Of a stretch of DNA of 64,000 bases, positions 30,106 to 40,437 are shown in pieces. The notes beneath the pieces are model-generated. The model made no database searches. It was not told the DNA's origin and saw nothing but the letters and a program-made list of their open reading frames with translations. This stretch comes from Gemmatales bacterium. Its GTDB lineage: Bacteria > Planctomycetota > Planctomycetia > Gemmatales > HRBIN36. Positions within the stretch are counted from its first letter, which is position 1. Each line of letters starts with the position of its first letter. The translations under genes were made by a program, and so were the position numbers. The stretch spans positions 128,001-192,000 of the forward strand of contig JBEPZY010000001.1 of assembly GCA_041640595.1 (NCBI GenBank), written 5' to 3'.

Positions 30106-31752
30106 ATGGCACGTCGCGCAGCACGGGCAGATTCGCCAAGGCAGGGTACCCATCCGGTCTTGATCGTGTTTCTGGTTTTTTCGATTTTGCTGGCCCTGGT
30201 TTTGGGAGTCCTCTACTACCTGGAGCGAGATAAAACCAAGCAGGCACGGGATGCCGAGCAGCGTTTGCGCGGCGAGTTAGATGCAAACAATAAGCGTCTG
30301 GATATGCTTCAGAACTGGCTGTTAGTCACGGCCCTGTCCTGGGCTACCACCGATAATGAGGCGATCAAAGAGGGCGATTTTGCCGAAGCATGTCGTCGTT
30401 TGGTGGAGTATTTGAACACACCTCCGGACAACCGTCCCAAAGATATCCCCGAGCCTTTTATCAAGGCTCTGGACATGCTCGTAGGGACGCAGGAAAAACC
30501 AGGAGTGCTCTACCCTTACGGAATTTTGCAAGGGAATCGGTTAGAGCCATTCAAACAGAAGGCCGGTGCTCCTTCTCTTGTCAAGAAATTGGAAGAAGCT
30601 CAGGCCAAAGCCGCCGATGCCGAAAAGCGGCGGAGTGATTTGGAGGCAGAACTCAAACGCGTTCAGGCATCATACGATCAATACAAGGCATCTTGGAACG
30701 AGAACCGGCTCAAGGAGGAGCTGGCCAAACGCGACGAGGAACACAAGAAAGAGTTAGTCCAAAAGGAGCAGGAATGGGAGGCCCGGCTGAAATCGTTGCA
30801 GGCCAAGTTGCAGTCGGTTCACCAGGACCTGGAGAAGAAGATCAAGGAGTTACAGGCGAGTGCCGACGAGAAGGAAAAGAAGCTGCTGGAGGAGATGAAC
30901 AAGCGTATAGCTGACATGGAAGCGGAGGTTCAGAGAATCCGCCAGGCAGCCCGACCCAGACTGGATTTGTCCAGAGCTATTCAGCCGAGTGGTCGTGTTC
31001 TGGCTGTCAACGCGGATTGCGATACGGTGATACTCGACCGCGGGCAGAAACACCGCTTACCGGAAGGAATTTCGTTCAGCGTTTACCCACGTGGTCCTGA
31101 CGGGCGATTGGTTCCGAAAATTAAGGCCATGGTGCAGGTCGTGAAAGTCAACCATGACACAGCAGTCGCGCGGGTTACCCGCATGGTCAAGCCCGAAGAA
31201 AACCGCGATCCGAGCTGGGATGAATTCGATGAGCGGTACTGGATTACCGATCCGTCGCGTTTCGTGCTACTGCGAGATCCCATTCGTCCGGGCGACTTCG
31301 TTTACAACAGTGCCTGGAAACCGAATGAACCGGTACACATTGCCCTGGCCGGCATCATTGACATTGATGGTGACGGTCGGGATGACGCAGAAATTTTCAA
31401 ACGCCTCTTGCGGGAGCGAGGCGTCATTATTGACCTGCATTTGCGCTATACCGGAACGGAATACGTGCAGGAAGGCCGACTGACAGATCGCACGGACATG
31501 CTGGTCGTTGGTATCAACCCTGGGGTTCGTATCGTTCGCAAACCCGAAGGGGAAGAAGGTAAGCCTGTCGTCGAAAAAGATGCTTTTGAGCAACTGGAAG
31601 CCGAAGCTCGTCGGCGGGGCATGGATGTTATCGGAGTGCGACAATTCCTGCTGCAGATGGGCTTTTTGGATCTGCGTGCTCTCGTGCAGGCCGGTCTGCG
31701 AGAGGCAGCGGTTCCAGCAAAGAAACCCGAGGGGAAGCCGGAGGGCCAGTGA
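30106..31752 (+). CDS. Hypothetical bitopic membrane protein with long coiled coil, beta-rich domain and BRCT-like C-terminus
   Basis: GAGGAG Shine-Dalgarno; single TM helix; E/K/Q-rich heptad region; GRVLAVN..DTVILDRG; IALAGIIDIDGDG...LTDRTDMLVVG. Confidence 0.8.
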   Translation: MARRAARADSPRQGTHPVLIVFLVFSILLALVLGVLYYLERDKTKQARDAEQRLRGELDANNKRLDMLQNWLLVTALSWATTDNEAIKEGDFAEACRRLVEYLNTPPDNRPKDIPEPFIKALDMLVGTQEKPGVLYPYGILQGNRLEPFKQKAGAPSLVKKLEEAQAKAADAEKRRSDLEAELKRVQASYDQYKASWNENRLKEELAKRDEEHKKELVQKEQEWEARLKSLQAKLQSVHQDLEKKIKELQASADEKEKKLLEEMNKRIADMEAEVQRIRQAARPRLDLSRAIQPSGRVLAVNADCDTVILDRGQKHRLPEGISFSVYPRGPDGRLVPKIKAMVQVVKVNHDTAVARVTRMVKPEENRDPSWDEFDERYWITDPSRFVLLRDPIRPGDFVYNSAWKPNEPVHIALAGIIDIDGDGRDDAEIFKRLLRERGVIIDLHLRYTGTEYVQEGRLTDRTDMLVVGINPGVRIVRKPEGEEGKPVVEKDAFEQLEAEARRRGMDVIGVRQFLLQMGFLDLRALVQAGLREAAVPAKKPEGKPEGQ

Positions 31753-31863
31753 AAAAGCTTCCGACCACGCTCTCTCAAGCCGACGGCTAATAGGAAGTTC
31801 CCATTCTAAGCCGGCGGAAGTGTCCGTTCTAAGCCAGCGAATGGTCGCGTAGAATACGTTGCC

Positions 31864-33474
31864 ATGCCGCTGAGGGTTCGCAATTTGCGACTTGGAATTG
31901 ACGAAAGCGAACATGCCTTGCCGGAACACATCGCCCGCGTTCTCGGCGTGAGGCATGGGGACATTCTGCACTGGCGGATTCTCCGCAAGAGTCTGGATGC
32001 CCGCGATAAAGACGACCTGGCGTTTGTGTATTCGGTAGAAGTAACGGTACCGCCGGATTTCACTCAGCGGTTGCAATGGCGGCATAACGAGAAGGCGGCA
32101 GTCATTATCGAACCTTACGTGGAACCACCTTTTCACATGCCGGAGCCGGGCCGGGAACCATTACGCCATCCGCCTGTCATTGTTGGTTCCGGGCCGGCAG
32201 GGCTAGCCGCGGCTTATTTCCTGGCCCAATACGGTTACCGACCCCTGGTTCTGGAACGCGGCAAGGCGGTGCGCGAGCGTGTTGCTGATGTTCGCAGCTT
32301 TGATGCCGGTGGCCCTCACGATCCGGAAAGCAACTACCTTTTTGGCGAAGGAGGAGCCGGTACCTTCAGCGATGGAAAGTTGACCTGTCGCAATTCCGGG
32401 CCAGATGTTCGCCGCATCCTCGAGCTGTTCGCCGAGTGTAAAGGCAAGCCGTCCGTGGTTTATGAACATCGGCCGCACCTGGGCTCGAATCGCTTGCCCG
32501 CCGTGGTCAAAGCCTTTCGCCAGCGCATTGAGCGAATGGGCGGTTCTTTCCGCTTCCAATGCCGTGTGGAAGACCTGGACATCGTGGATGGCCGAGTTCG
32601 CGGGGTATGCACATCATCGGGTTACATTCCGGCTGAAGTGGTGGTGCTGGCAATTGGCCACAGTGCCCGGGATACTTATGCCATGCTGCTGCGGCGCGGA
32701 TTGCCGTTGGTTCCCAAGCCTTTCCAGTTCGGTGTACGCATCGAACAACCTCAGGAAAACGTGAACCGCTATCAGTACGGCGAGAAAGCGCTGGAGGCGA
32801 AACTTGGTGCCGCCGATTACTGCGTGGTGGTGCACGGTGGGGTGGATTTGTATTCGTTTTGCATGTGCGCAGGTGGCTACGTGATCCCGAGCGTATCCGA
32901 GCCGGAACATTTTTGCACAAACGGCATGAGCTATTCCCGCCGCGATTCTCCTTTCGCTAACAGTGGCTTGGTGGTTACACTGGAACCGGAGCATTTTGGT
33001 TCGCCCCATCCGCTGGCCGGTGTGGAACTGCAACGGCGTTACGAACGCCGGGCGTGGGAACTGGGCAGGCGGCAATACTTTTGCCCGATTCAATGGGCAC
33101 GTGATTTCCTGGCGGGACGGCCCTCACGGGGAAAGTTGCCCAGCAGTTACCGCCGGGGTGTCGTGTCAGCCGAGATCGCCGAGGTGATTCCTCCCATCAT
33201 TCTGCAAGCACTGCAGCGCGGTTTACCGGTGCTCGATCGCCGCTGGGGTGGCTTGTTCTTACGGGAAGCCACGCTGGTTGGGCCGGAAGCTCGGGGCAGT
33301 TCTCCTGTGCGCATCCTCCGCGATGAGCAGAATCGGAACTGTCCGGGTTTTGAGGGCATTTATCCCATCGGCGAAGGTGCAGGATATGCCGGTGGCATCG
33401 TCAGCGCTGCTGTGGATGGTTTGCGTACCGCGCGTGCCATCATTGCTCGCTATGCCCCGCTGGACAAGCCGTAG
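31864..33474 (+). CDS. Uncharacterised FAD-dependent oxidoreductase (COG2509-like)
   Basis: IVGSGPAG, FGEGGAGTFSDGKL, SFCMCAGG, GEGAGYAGGIVSAAVDG. Confidence 0.92.
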   Translation: MPLRVRNLRLGIDESEHALPEHIARVLGVRHGDILHWRILRKSLDARDKDDLAFVYSVEVTVPPDFTQRLQWRHNEKAAVIIEPYVEPPFHMPEPGREPLRHPPVIVGSGPAGLAAAYFLAQYGYRPLVLERGKAVRERVADVRSFDAGGPHDPESNYLFGEGGAGTFSDGKLTCRNSGPDVRRILELFAECKGKPSVVYEHRPHLGSNRLPAVVKAFRQRIERMGGSFRFQCRVEDLDIVDGRVRGVCTSSGYIPAEVVVLAIGHSARDTYAMLLRRGLPLVPKPFQFGVRIEQPQENVNRYQYGEKALEAKLGAADYCVVVHGGVDLYSFCMCAGGYVIPSVSEPEHFCTNGMSYSRRDSPFANSGLVVTLEPEHFGSPHPLAGVELQRRYERRAWELGRRQYFCPIQWARDFLAGRPSRGKLPSSYRRGVVSAEIAEVIPPIILQALQRGLPVLDRRWGGLFLREATLVGPEARGSSPVRILRDEQNRNCPGFEGIYPIGEGAGYAGGIVSAAVDGLRTARAIIARYAPLDKP

Positions 33475-33580
33475 GCCAAACCCAACCGAGGCGCATCCGC
33501 TTAGCAAAAAATTAGAAGCGGTCGCAGCACGCATACATTTGCGGCCTGGCCGAACTTTATCCGGCAAACCCAAACCGTGC

Positions 33581-34378
33581 TCAACCTGCGTGTTCATCGG
33601 ATTGCGGCGCGGTGGGAAGAGGTTCGATTTCGGCAATTTCTTCGGGAAGAAGCAAACGTGGCTCGCCGGCGATTTCCAGCACCAAACCGTCGAAACTCCA
33701 TTCGCGTAGTCGGCCCGTGCACCGTTCCCCGTTCGTCAGCAGCATCACCACCTCGCGCCCCCATAATCCCGAATACCACCGCCAGGCTGATTCGAGTTCT
33801 GCTACCTCTCCTTGAAGCAGTGTGACATATCCGGAATCAAGCCGCTCAATAAGAAGGTGACCGACATCGGTCACATTGAGAGACCGGTTCGTGAAACACG
33901 CCAGAGAACCAGCCTGGGGCAAACCGTGTTCGAGGAAGAACTGGGGTGGCGTGATAACGTTCAGCCCGATGCCAACGACAACGCCCTTGCTTTGTTCTAC
34001 CAGGATGCCGCAGACTTTTTTGCCCGCCAGGAGTACGTCATTGGGCCATTTGATGCGCGGTTGGCGTTGCGTGGTCAGATACACCGTTTCGCACACAGCA
34101 ACCGCTGCCCACGCGGTCAAAAAAACCGGTCGCTGGAAGCGCGGCGGAGGAAATACCACGACCGACAAAAGCACTGCTGAACCCGGCGAAGAAAGCCATC
34201 GGCGACCGAATCGCCCCCGCCCAGCCGTTTGCCAGTCTGCCCAGACCACCAGACCCTGATGACCAGGATCGTCGGCGTAAGTCAGCGCCAGAGTATTCGT
34301 GCTTTCCAGTACGTCGTATCTTCGTACTGGCCGACCGATGTAATTGGTTCCGAGATGGTATTCTGCAAGCAGAGGCAT
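33581..34378 (-). CDS. birA: Biotin--[acetyl-CoA carboxylase] ligase, without HTH domain
   Basis: ESTN, QTAGRGRFGRRW, IKWPNDV, KKVCGILVE, GIGLNV. Confidence 0.95.
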   Translation of the reverse strand: MPLLAEYHLGTNYIGRPVRRYDVLESTNTLALTYADDPGHQGLVVWADWQTAGRGRFGRRWLSSPGSAVLLSVVVFPPPRFQRPVFLTAWAAVAVCETVYLTTQRQPRIKWPNDVLLAGKKVCGILVEQSKGVVVGIGLNVITPPQFFLEHGLPQAGSLACFTNRSLNVTDVGHLLIERLDSGYVTLLQGEVAELESAWRWYSGLWGREVVMLLTNGERCTGRLREWSFDGLVLEIAGEPRLLLPEEIAEIEPLPTAPQSDEHAG

Positions 34379-34514
34379 GGCGGAGCGTCGCGCTAACCGG
34401 CCGACAGGCTGGCCGTGAATCTACTTGCTGACCAGGCATTTATTGCATAATATAAGCTCCACCCGCCGACAATTATTCCCACCACCCTGAAACTAACCCT
34501 ACCGGGAACCAGCC

Positions 34515-37013
34515 ATGCGGCGTTGCGACAGTAGATTGGCCGAATTGCCGAGGAATCGCGTCGCGGCAAGCGTGTGGCTGATTTTCACCTGTTTGTGCGC
34601 GTGTGTCTGGTACGGATACAGCGACCCACCGGATAGCGGTAAAACCGAAGATATCCCCTGGAAAGTTTGGCCGGATGAGCTGCAACTCGTAGGGGCTTGC
34701 GACGGAGCCCAGCTGGTCGTTTGCGAATCTGTCCAGGGCTCCTTTCGCGATCTGACCAGACGTGCGGAGTATCGTTGTGTACCGAGCGATCTGGTTCACG
34801 TGGACGCCAGTGGTTGGATCGAGCCCAAGCGCGACGGCTCAGGGCATGTGGAAGTGCGGGTGGCGGGTTTTACCCGAAAGGTTCCCGTCCGGGTGATCGG
34901 CTTGGCCGAGCCGCCGTCGGTTAGTTTCCATCGCCAGGTTATGGCGGCGTTGAACGTTGGTGGATGTAACGGTGGTACCTGCCACGGTTCCCCGAGCGGC
35001 AAGAATGGTTTTCGACTCAGCCTCTGGGGAGCCGAGCCGGCTTTCGACTACTTCGCACTGACACGCGAACTGGGCGGCAGACGGACCAGTGCCATTTCTC
35101 CCGGCGAAAGTTTGATCCTGCGGAAAGCTCTGGGTCGGATTCCACACGAAGGCGGTGTTCGTTTCTCGGCGGAGAGTTTACCGGCTCGCGTTCTCGAAAA
35201 CTGGTTGCGAAACGCCATGCCCAATGACTCTCCCGTTGCGGCACCGCCAAACCTCCAGGTGGAACCAGGCCACGCCGTGCTACGCGAACCCGAGCGACAG
35301 CTGCAACTGGCCGTGCGCGCAAACTTCCCTGGCGAGAACTGGCGCGATGTCACGCGACTTACTGTTTTCCAATCCAGCGATCCAACGCTGGCAGTGGTCA
35401 GTCCGACTGGTCTGGTCACGTTCCGCCGCGCTGGTGAGGTAGCGATTTTGTGCCGTTACCTCACAGCCACGACAGTGGTGCGGCTGGCATGCTTGCAACC
35501 GCGAACCGATTTTGCCTGGCAAGCACCTCCCGAAAAGAACACCGTTGACCGATTCGTTTTTGCTAAACTGCGGCAATTGCAGATTCGCCCAGCCGCGCTT
35601 TGCTCGGATAGCGTTTTCCTGCGACGGGTTTATTTGGATCTTCTGGGCCGACTGCCCAGCGTTGCGGAGACGCAGGCCTTTTTGAACGATGCCGACCCGC
35701 AGAAACGCGAAAAACTGGTGGATAGGCTGCTGGCAGACCCGGAGTTTGCCGAGTTTTGGACTCGCAAATGGCTGGATGTGCTTCGGGCCAATCAGAAACG
35801 GTTGCCGCTCGACGTGCTGGTAGGTTTCCAGCGCTGGTGGCAACAGCATCTTCACCACAACACGCCTTTCGACCAGCTGGTCCGTCAATTGCTGACCGCC
35901 ACAGGCGACACGCTCAAGTCCCCGGCTGCCGCTTATTTTACCATCCATGCCACGCCGGAAGACCTGGCAGAAACCACGGCTCAGGTATTCCTTGGTGTGC
36001 GGATCGGCTGTGCACGTTGCCATAACCATCCCTTTGAGCGCTGGACGCAAGAGGATTACTACGGACTGGCCGCTTGTTTCGCCCGCGTGGACCGGCGTAA
36101 CGAGGGCAAAGCAAATCGCCGCCAGCCTGTGGTGCAGACTATCGCCGATAAGAACGATGGCGAAGTACTCCATCCGCGCACTGGTCGGCCCGTACCCCCA
36201 AAACCGTTGCTGGGCGCTTCGCCGTTCCCCGCCAGCATGAATCGCCGGGCTGCTCTGGCCGATTGGGTTACCGCCAGGGATAATCCGTTTTTTGCCCGCG
36301 CCCTGGCCAATCGCATCTGGTATCACTTATTCGGCTCAGGCATCATTGACCCGCCCGACGATCTTCGCGACACCAATCCTCCCAGTAACGATGCACTGTT
36401 GGATTTTCTGGCTGGTGAATTAGCTGCGCACCAGTTTGATTGCAAACACCTGATCCGGCTTATCGTATGCTCGGCTACTTACCAGCTAGCCAGCGAACCT
36501 GCCTCGGAGAACACTGAAGAATTTCGGCTGTTTGCGAGGGTTCGCCCGCGACTGTTGACCGCTGAGCAACTGCTGGATGCAATTAGCCAGGTAACAGAGG
36601 TTCCCGAATCCTTCGCAAATTTTTCCGGCGTGCGGCGTGCCGTGGCGCTTCCCGATAGTGTTCCCGGGCACCCGTTTCTAAGTGCTTTCGGTCAACCGCC
36701 CCGTGAATTGCCCTGTGAGTGTGAGCGCCATACCGAACCTAACCTCGCCCAGGCGTTGCAATTAGTTAGCGGTTCGACGGTGCACAAAAAGGTTACCGCC
36801 CCTAATAATCGCCTGGGACGCTTGCTTCAGGCAAAAGTGTCGGACGAAGATATCCTGGCGGAACTATACTTAGCAGCTTTCAGTCGCCTGCCCACGGAGT
36901 CGGAGAAGCAGGCTGTCCTCCGGGCTGTGCGAGAGCAGATTGACCGCCGGTCTGCCTGGGAGGATGTTCTCTGGACATTGCTCAATTCGAGCGAATTCCT
37001 GTACCGCCCATGA
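34515..37013 (+). CDS. DUF1549/DUF1553 protein with Ig-like (Big_2-type) domains
   Basis: GCNGGTCHGSPSGKNGFRLSL, FLRRVYLDLLG, CARCHNHPFE, PCECER, WEDVLWTLLNSSEFLY; exact start uncertain. Confidence 0.92.
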   Translation: MRRCDSRLAELPRNRVAASVWLIFTCLCACVWYGYSDPPDSGKTEDIPWKVWPDELQLVGACDGAQLVVCESVQGSFRDLTRRAEYRCVPSDLVHVDASGWIEPKRDGSGHVEVRVAGFTRKVPVRVIGLAEPPSVSFHRQVMAALNVGGCNGGTCHGSPSGKNGFRLSLWGAEPAFDYFALTRELGGRRTSAISPGESLILRKALGRIPHEGGVRFSAESLPARVLENWLRNAMPNDSPVAAPPNLQVEPGHAVLREPERQLQLAVRANFPGENWRDVTRLTVFQSSDPTLAVVSPTGLVTFRRAGEVAILCRYLTATTVVRLACLQPRTDFAWQAPPEKNTVDRFVFAKLRQLQIRPAALCSDSVFLRRVYLDLLGRLPSVAETQAFLNDADPQKREKLVDRLLADPEFAEFWTRKWLDVLRANQKRLPLDVLVGFQRWWQQHLHHNTPFDQLVRQLLTATGDTLKSPAAAYFTIHATPEDLAETTAQVFLGVRIGCARCHNHPFERWTQEDYYGLAACFARVDRRNEGKANRRQPVVQTIADKNDGEVLHPRTGRPVPPKPLLGASPFPASMNRRAALADWVTARDNPFFARALANRIWYHLFGSGIIDPPDDLRDTNPPSNDALLDFLAGELAAHQFDCKHLIRLIVCSATYQLASEPASENTEEFRLFARVRPRLLTAEQLLDAISQVTEVPESFANFSGVRRAVALPDSVPGHPFLSAFGQPPRELPCECERHTEPNLAQALQLVSGSTVHKKVTAPNNRLGRLLQAKVSDEDILAELYLAAFSRLPTESEKQAVLRAVREQIDRRSAWEDVLWTLLNSSEFLYRP

Positions 37014-38410
37014 TGGAAAGAAGGCTAGCTATGCGCTACGATCAACGCTTAGAGCTTACCCGTCGTCAGTTCCTGCACGTGGGTATAGGCGGGATTCTAG
37101 GTCTAAGTCTGGAGCAATTCCTTCAAGCCGAGGCCCAGGCGAAACTTAGTGGCAAGCGCACGCCCAAATCGCTCATCTTTTTATTTCTTTACGGTGGCCC
37201 CAGCCAGATTGACACCTGGGACATGAAACCCGATGCGCCTGTGGAATATCGCGGGGAATTTAAGCCGCTTTCTCCGCCGATTCCAGGACTATATATGTGC
37301 GAATACCTGCCGAAAATGGCCAGCTGGGCGAAGCGATTTAGTGTCATTCGCACATTGCACCATAATAATCGCAATCACCAGCCCGCTGGCTGCCGGCTGT
37401 TTACAGGTGTTGATCCCGGCAGCGACAACGCAGGGCAACTTGCACCGAAACCGGATGACCCACCGGCACTGGGTTCCCTTGCAGTAAAGGTTGCTCCTCC
37501 AAAAAGGGCACTGGTACCACCCTTCGTTATGCTTCCGGCACGGCTGCACGATCAGGGTTCAGCATTCAAGGGTCAGCATGCCGGCTGGCTTGGCCCAGCT
37601 TACGATCCATTGTTGATTGAACAAGATCCGGCCAGTGCCAGCTTTCGCGTCGAAGGTTTTAGCTTGCCAGGTAACTTGACTTTGCAGCAATTACAACGTC
37701 GCCGGGAACTGCTGGAACAACTCGACCCTCTGGCTAAGTCCGATCCGCATCGGGCAGCCCTGCGACAGTTCCAGAAGCAGGCACTGGATTTGCTCCTTTC
37801 TAATCAAGGTCGTTCTGCATTTGATTTACAGGCAGAACCAGACAAAGTGCGGGACCGCTACGGAAGAAATCGTTTCGGCCAGGGCTGTCTGCTGGCTCGT
37901 CGGTTGATTGAGGCCGGTGCTCGCGTGGTAACCGTTTCTGATTGCACTGCGAATGGGCACCACGAATGGGATACGCATAACAATAACTTCAAAAGGTTGA
38001 AGGATGTCCTGCTGCCGCGACTGGATCAAGCATTTAGTGCCTTGATGGAAGACTTGGAATCACGCGGTTTATTAGAGGAAACCGTCGTTTATGTAGGTGG
38101 CGAATTTGGTCGCACACCGCGCGTAGGCCAGGCTGGGTTTAGCGGTGCCGGTGCCAGTAAGGATGGTCGCGATCATTATCCGAACTGTTTCCCAGGGATT
38201 CTCGCGGGTGGCTATGTGCAACCGGGAGTGCTTTATGGCGAATCCGACGGCAAGGCAGCCTATCCTGCTAAAGACCCGGTTCGCATTGAAGATTTGGTGG
38301 CGACGATCTTTGCTGCCATGGGGCTGGACCCGCATGCTACTGTAACCAGCCTGGACGGTCGCCCCATGCCATTAACTCACGGTCAGCCTATTGCCGCTTT
38401 ATTACGCTGA
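37010..38410 (+). CDS. DUF1501 family protein (Tat signal)
   Basis: ATGA overlap with the upstream stop; LTRRQFL; LYGGPSQIDTWDMKP, CLLARRL, WDTH, GEFGRTP, GRDH. Confidence 0.93.
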   Translation: MMERRLAMRYDQRLELTRRQFLHVGIGGILGLSLEQFLQAEAQAKLSGKRTPKSLIFLFLYGGPSQIDTWDMKPDAPVEYRGEFKPLSPPIPGLYMCEYLPKMASWAKRFSVIRTLHHNNRNHQPAGCRLFTGVDPGSDNAGQLAPKPDDPPALGSLAVKVAPPKRALVPPFVMLPARLHDQGSAFKGQHAGWLGPAYDPLLIEQDPASASFRVEGFSLPGNLTLQQLQRRRELLEQLDPLAKSDPHRAALRQFQKQALDLLLSNQGRSAFDLQAEPDKVRDRYGRNRFGQGCLLARRLIEAGARVVTVSDCTANGHHEWDTHNNNFKRLKDVLLPRLDQAFSALMEDLESRGLLEETVVYVGGEFGRTPRVGQAGFSGAGASKDGRDHYPNCFPGILAGGYVQPGVLYGESDGKAAYPAKDPVRIEDLVATIFAAMGLDPHATVTSLDGRPMPLTHGQPIAALLR

Positions 38411-38432
38411 CTGCTCAGCAAGGAGATTATCT

Positions 38433-39437
38433 ATGCCGCACCAGCACATTGTGCCAGTATCTAACTTCCCTGGCACTAAGCATCTCACGGAAGTTATCGC
38501 AGTCTGGCTCCTGGCCCTTGGTTTCATTAAATGTGGCTTTGTGCAACAGGATGGCGGAATCGGTACTATTATCCCCAAAGACGCGAAACTTGAACGTGTT
38601 TGGAATGAAGGCGTGTTTACCGAAGGGCCAGCCTATGGTCCTGACCATTGCGTTTATTTCTCCGATATAGGAAACCGCATCATGAAGTTTGACCCGGCTA
38701 CGGGAAAAACAACTGTTTACCGGGAACCTAGCGGCAAGGCAAACGGACTGTGCTTCGACAAACTGGGGCGCTTATTGGCTTGCGAGGGTGCCAATGGTGG
38801 CAATCGCCGAATTAGTATCACCGAAAAAGACGGCAAGGTGCGTACACTTGCCGACACCTGGCAGGGGAAGCGTTTCAACAGTCCGAATGACTTAGATATA
38901 GATACGCACGGGCGTATTTACTTTTCCGATCCTCGCTATGTCGGCAACGAACCTCGGGAAATTGATAAGGAGGCTGTTTATCGAATCGATCCAGATGGAA
39001 AAGTTGTGCAGCTTATCACCGATGTGCAAAAACCCAACGGGGTTGCTGTGGCACCGGATGGCAAAACGCTCTATGTAGCTGACAACAATCCAGAACCAGG
39101 CGGTGCGCGGCTCTTACTGGCTTATCCACTGGATAACAACGGTAACGTTGGGCCGAGGAAAGTTCTTTACGACTTCGGCAAAGAACGTGGCATTGATGGC
39201 ATGTGTCTGGACGAACAGGGAAACATCTACGCTACGGCCGGCGCCGGGGCTAAAGGGGGCGTATATGTTTTCAGTCCTCAGGGAAAGTTGCTGTTTTTCT
39301 TGCCGGTTCCGGAGACTCCGACCAATTGTACGTTCGGCGACCGCGATCGAAAAACCCTTTATATCACCGCCGGTAGGTCTCTTTATCGCATACGCACAAA
39401 CGTCCGTGGCTATGCCGTTTACTGGCCAGGTGAGTAA
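38433..39437 (+). CDS. SMP-30/gluconolactonase/LRE family protein
   Basis: AAGGAG Shine-Dalgarno; FTEGP, FSDI, FNSPND, PNGV, IDGM, PTNCTFG. Confidence 0.93.
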   Translation: MPHQHIVPVSNFPGTKHLTEVIAVWLLALGFIKCGFVQQDGGIGTIIPKDAKLERVWNEGVFTEGPAYGPDHCVYFSDIGNRIMKFDPATGKTTVYREPSGKANGLCFDKLGRLLACEGANGGNRRISITEKDGKVRTLADTWQGKRFNSPNDLDIDTHGRIYFSDPRYVGNEPREIDKEAVYRIDPDGKVVQLITDVQKPNGVAVAPDGKTLYVADNNPEPGGARLLLAYPLDNNGNVGPRKVLYDFGKERGIDGMCLDEQGNIYATAGAGAKGGVYVFSPQGKLLFFLPVPETPTNCTFGDRDRKTLYITAGRSLYRIRTNVRGYAVYWPGE

Positions 39438-39630
39438 GTTACACCGGCACAAATCAGTTTTCCACTGGTAAGGTGCATGAGCTCGCGCGAACAAAGAGAC
39501 CCTTATATTTTCGGGAATTGCCCGCTATACACTGCGGCTTACGTTTATTCAGAACCTAGACGCGAATAACTCGCCGGATGGCAGATATAGATGTCGAGCG
39601 GGCACCTCTTCATGATTCTATTCGCGTGAG

Positions 39631-40431
39631 CTATTGGGTTTTGGTGATTTTGAATAGGCGGAGGGCGTTAGCCGTGGTAGTTGCAGCTAATGCTTCGGGT
39701 TCGGTATTGCGGACTTGAGCGAGACAGTGCAGCGTATGGAGGATGTAAGCGGGTTCATTGCGCTGCTTTTTACCACGCAGCGGCACCGGCACTAAATAGG
39801 GGCTGTCTGTTTCGATGAGTAACTGGGATTCCGGAACACGCCTGGCGACCTGCCGCAACGACTCGGCATTTTTGTAAGTCAGCATGCCGGCAAAGGAAAT
39901 ATATAGGCCTAATTGCAGACCCAGCTCGGCAGTCTCCCAGGTGCCGCTAAAAGAGTGAAGGATGCCACGCAGGAGACCGTGGCTTCTGTATTCCTGTTCC
40001 AGAAGCTGGCGTAAATCGGCTTCGGCTTCACGGCAATGAATAACAACAGGCAAACCCGTCCGGCGACTTAGTTCCAAATGTCGGCGGAAGTATTCCTGCT
40101 GCACGTCGAAGGGGGTGTAATGCCAGTGGCGATCGAGTCCGGTTTCGCCCAGTGCGACCACGCGCGGGTGCTGCACCAGGTGCTCGATTTTACGCCAGTC
40201 GTCAGGCGCTGCTTGAGCAGCATAGTTGGGATGGATTCCGACCGCCGCCCACACCAGCGGAAAAGCCTCGGCCAGACGAATTGCTGCTTCGCTGCTGGTC
40301 GCGCTTACCCCGACGGTAAGGATACCTGCCAGGCCAGCCGACTCTGCTCGCTGGATTACTTCGGCTATATCCTCGGCAAACGCAGATTCATCGAGGTGCG
40401 CATGGGTATCGAACAACGACAGGTTGGCCAT
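39631..40431 (-). CDS. tatD: TatD family hydrolase
   Basis: DTHAH, GIHP, GETGLD, IHCREA, HSFSG, ETDSPYL, RNEP. Confidence 0.95.
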   Translation of the reverse strand: MANLSLFDTHAHLDESAFAEDIAEVIQRAESAGLAGILTVGVSATSSEAAIRLAEAFPLVWAAVGIHPNYAAQAAPDDWRKIEHLVQHPRVVALGETGLDRHWHYTPFDVQQEYFRRHLELSRRTGLPVVIHCREAEADLRQLLEQEYRSHGLLRGILHSFSGTWETAELGLQLGLYISFAGMLTYKNAESLRQVARRVPESQLLIETDSPYLVPVPLRGKKQRNEPAYILHTLHCLAQVRNTEPEALAATTTANALRLFKITKTQ

Positions 40432-40437
40432 AGTACT

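Noticed and set aside
29415..30233. 272-aa alternative-frame ORF bridging DUF1501 and the coiled-coil gene
   Set aside because: Low-complexity Arg/Pro/Ser-rich translation that overlaps real genes and a clear promoter
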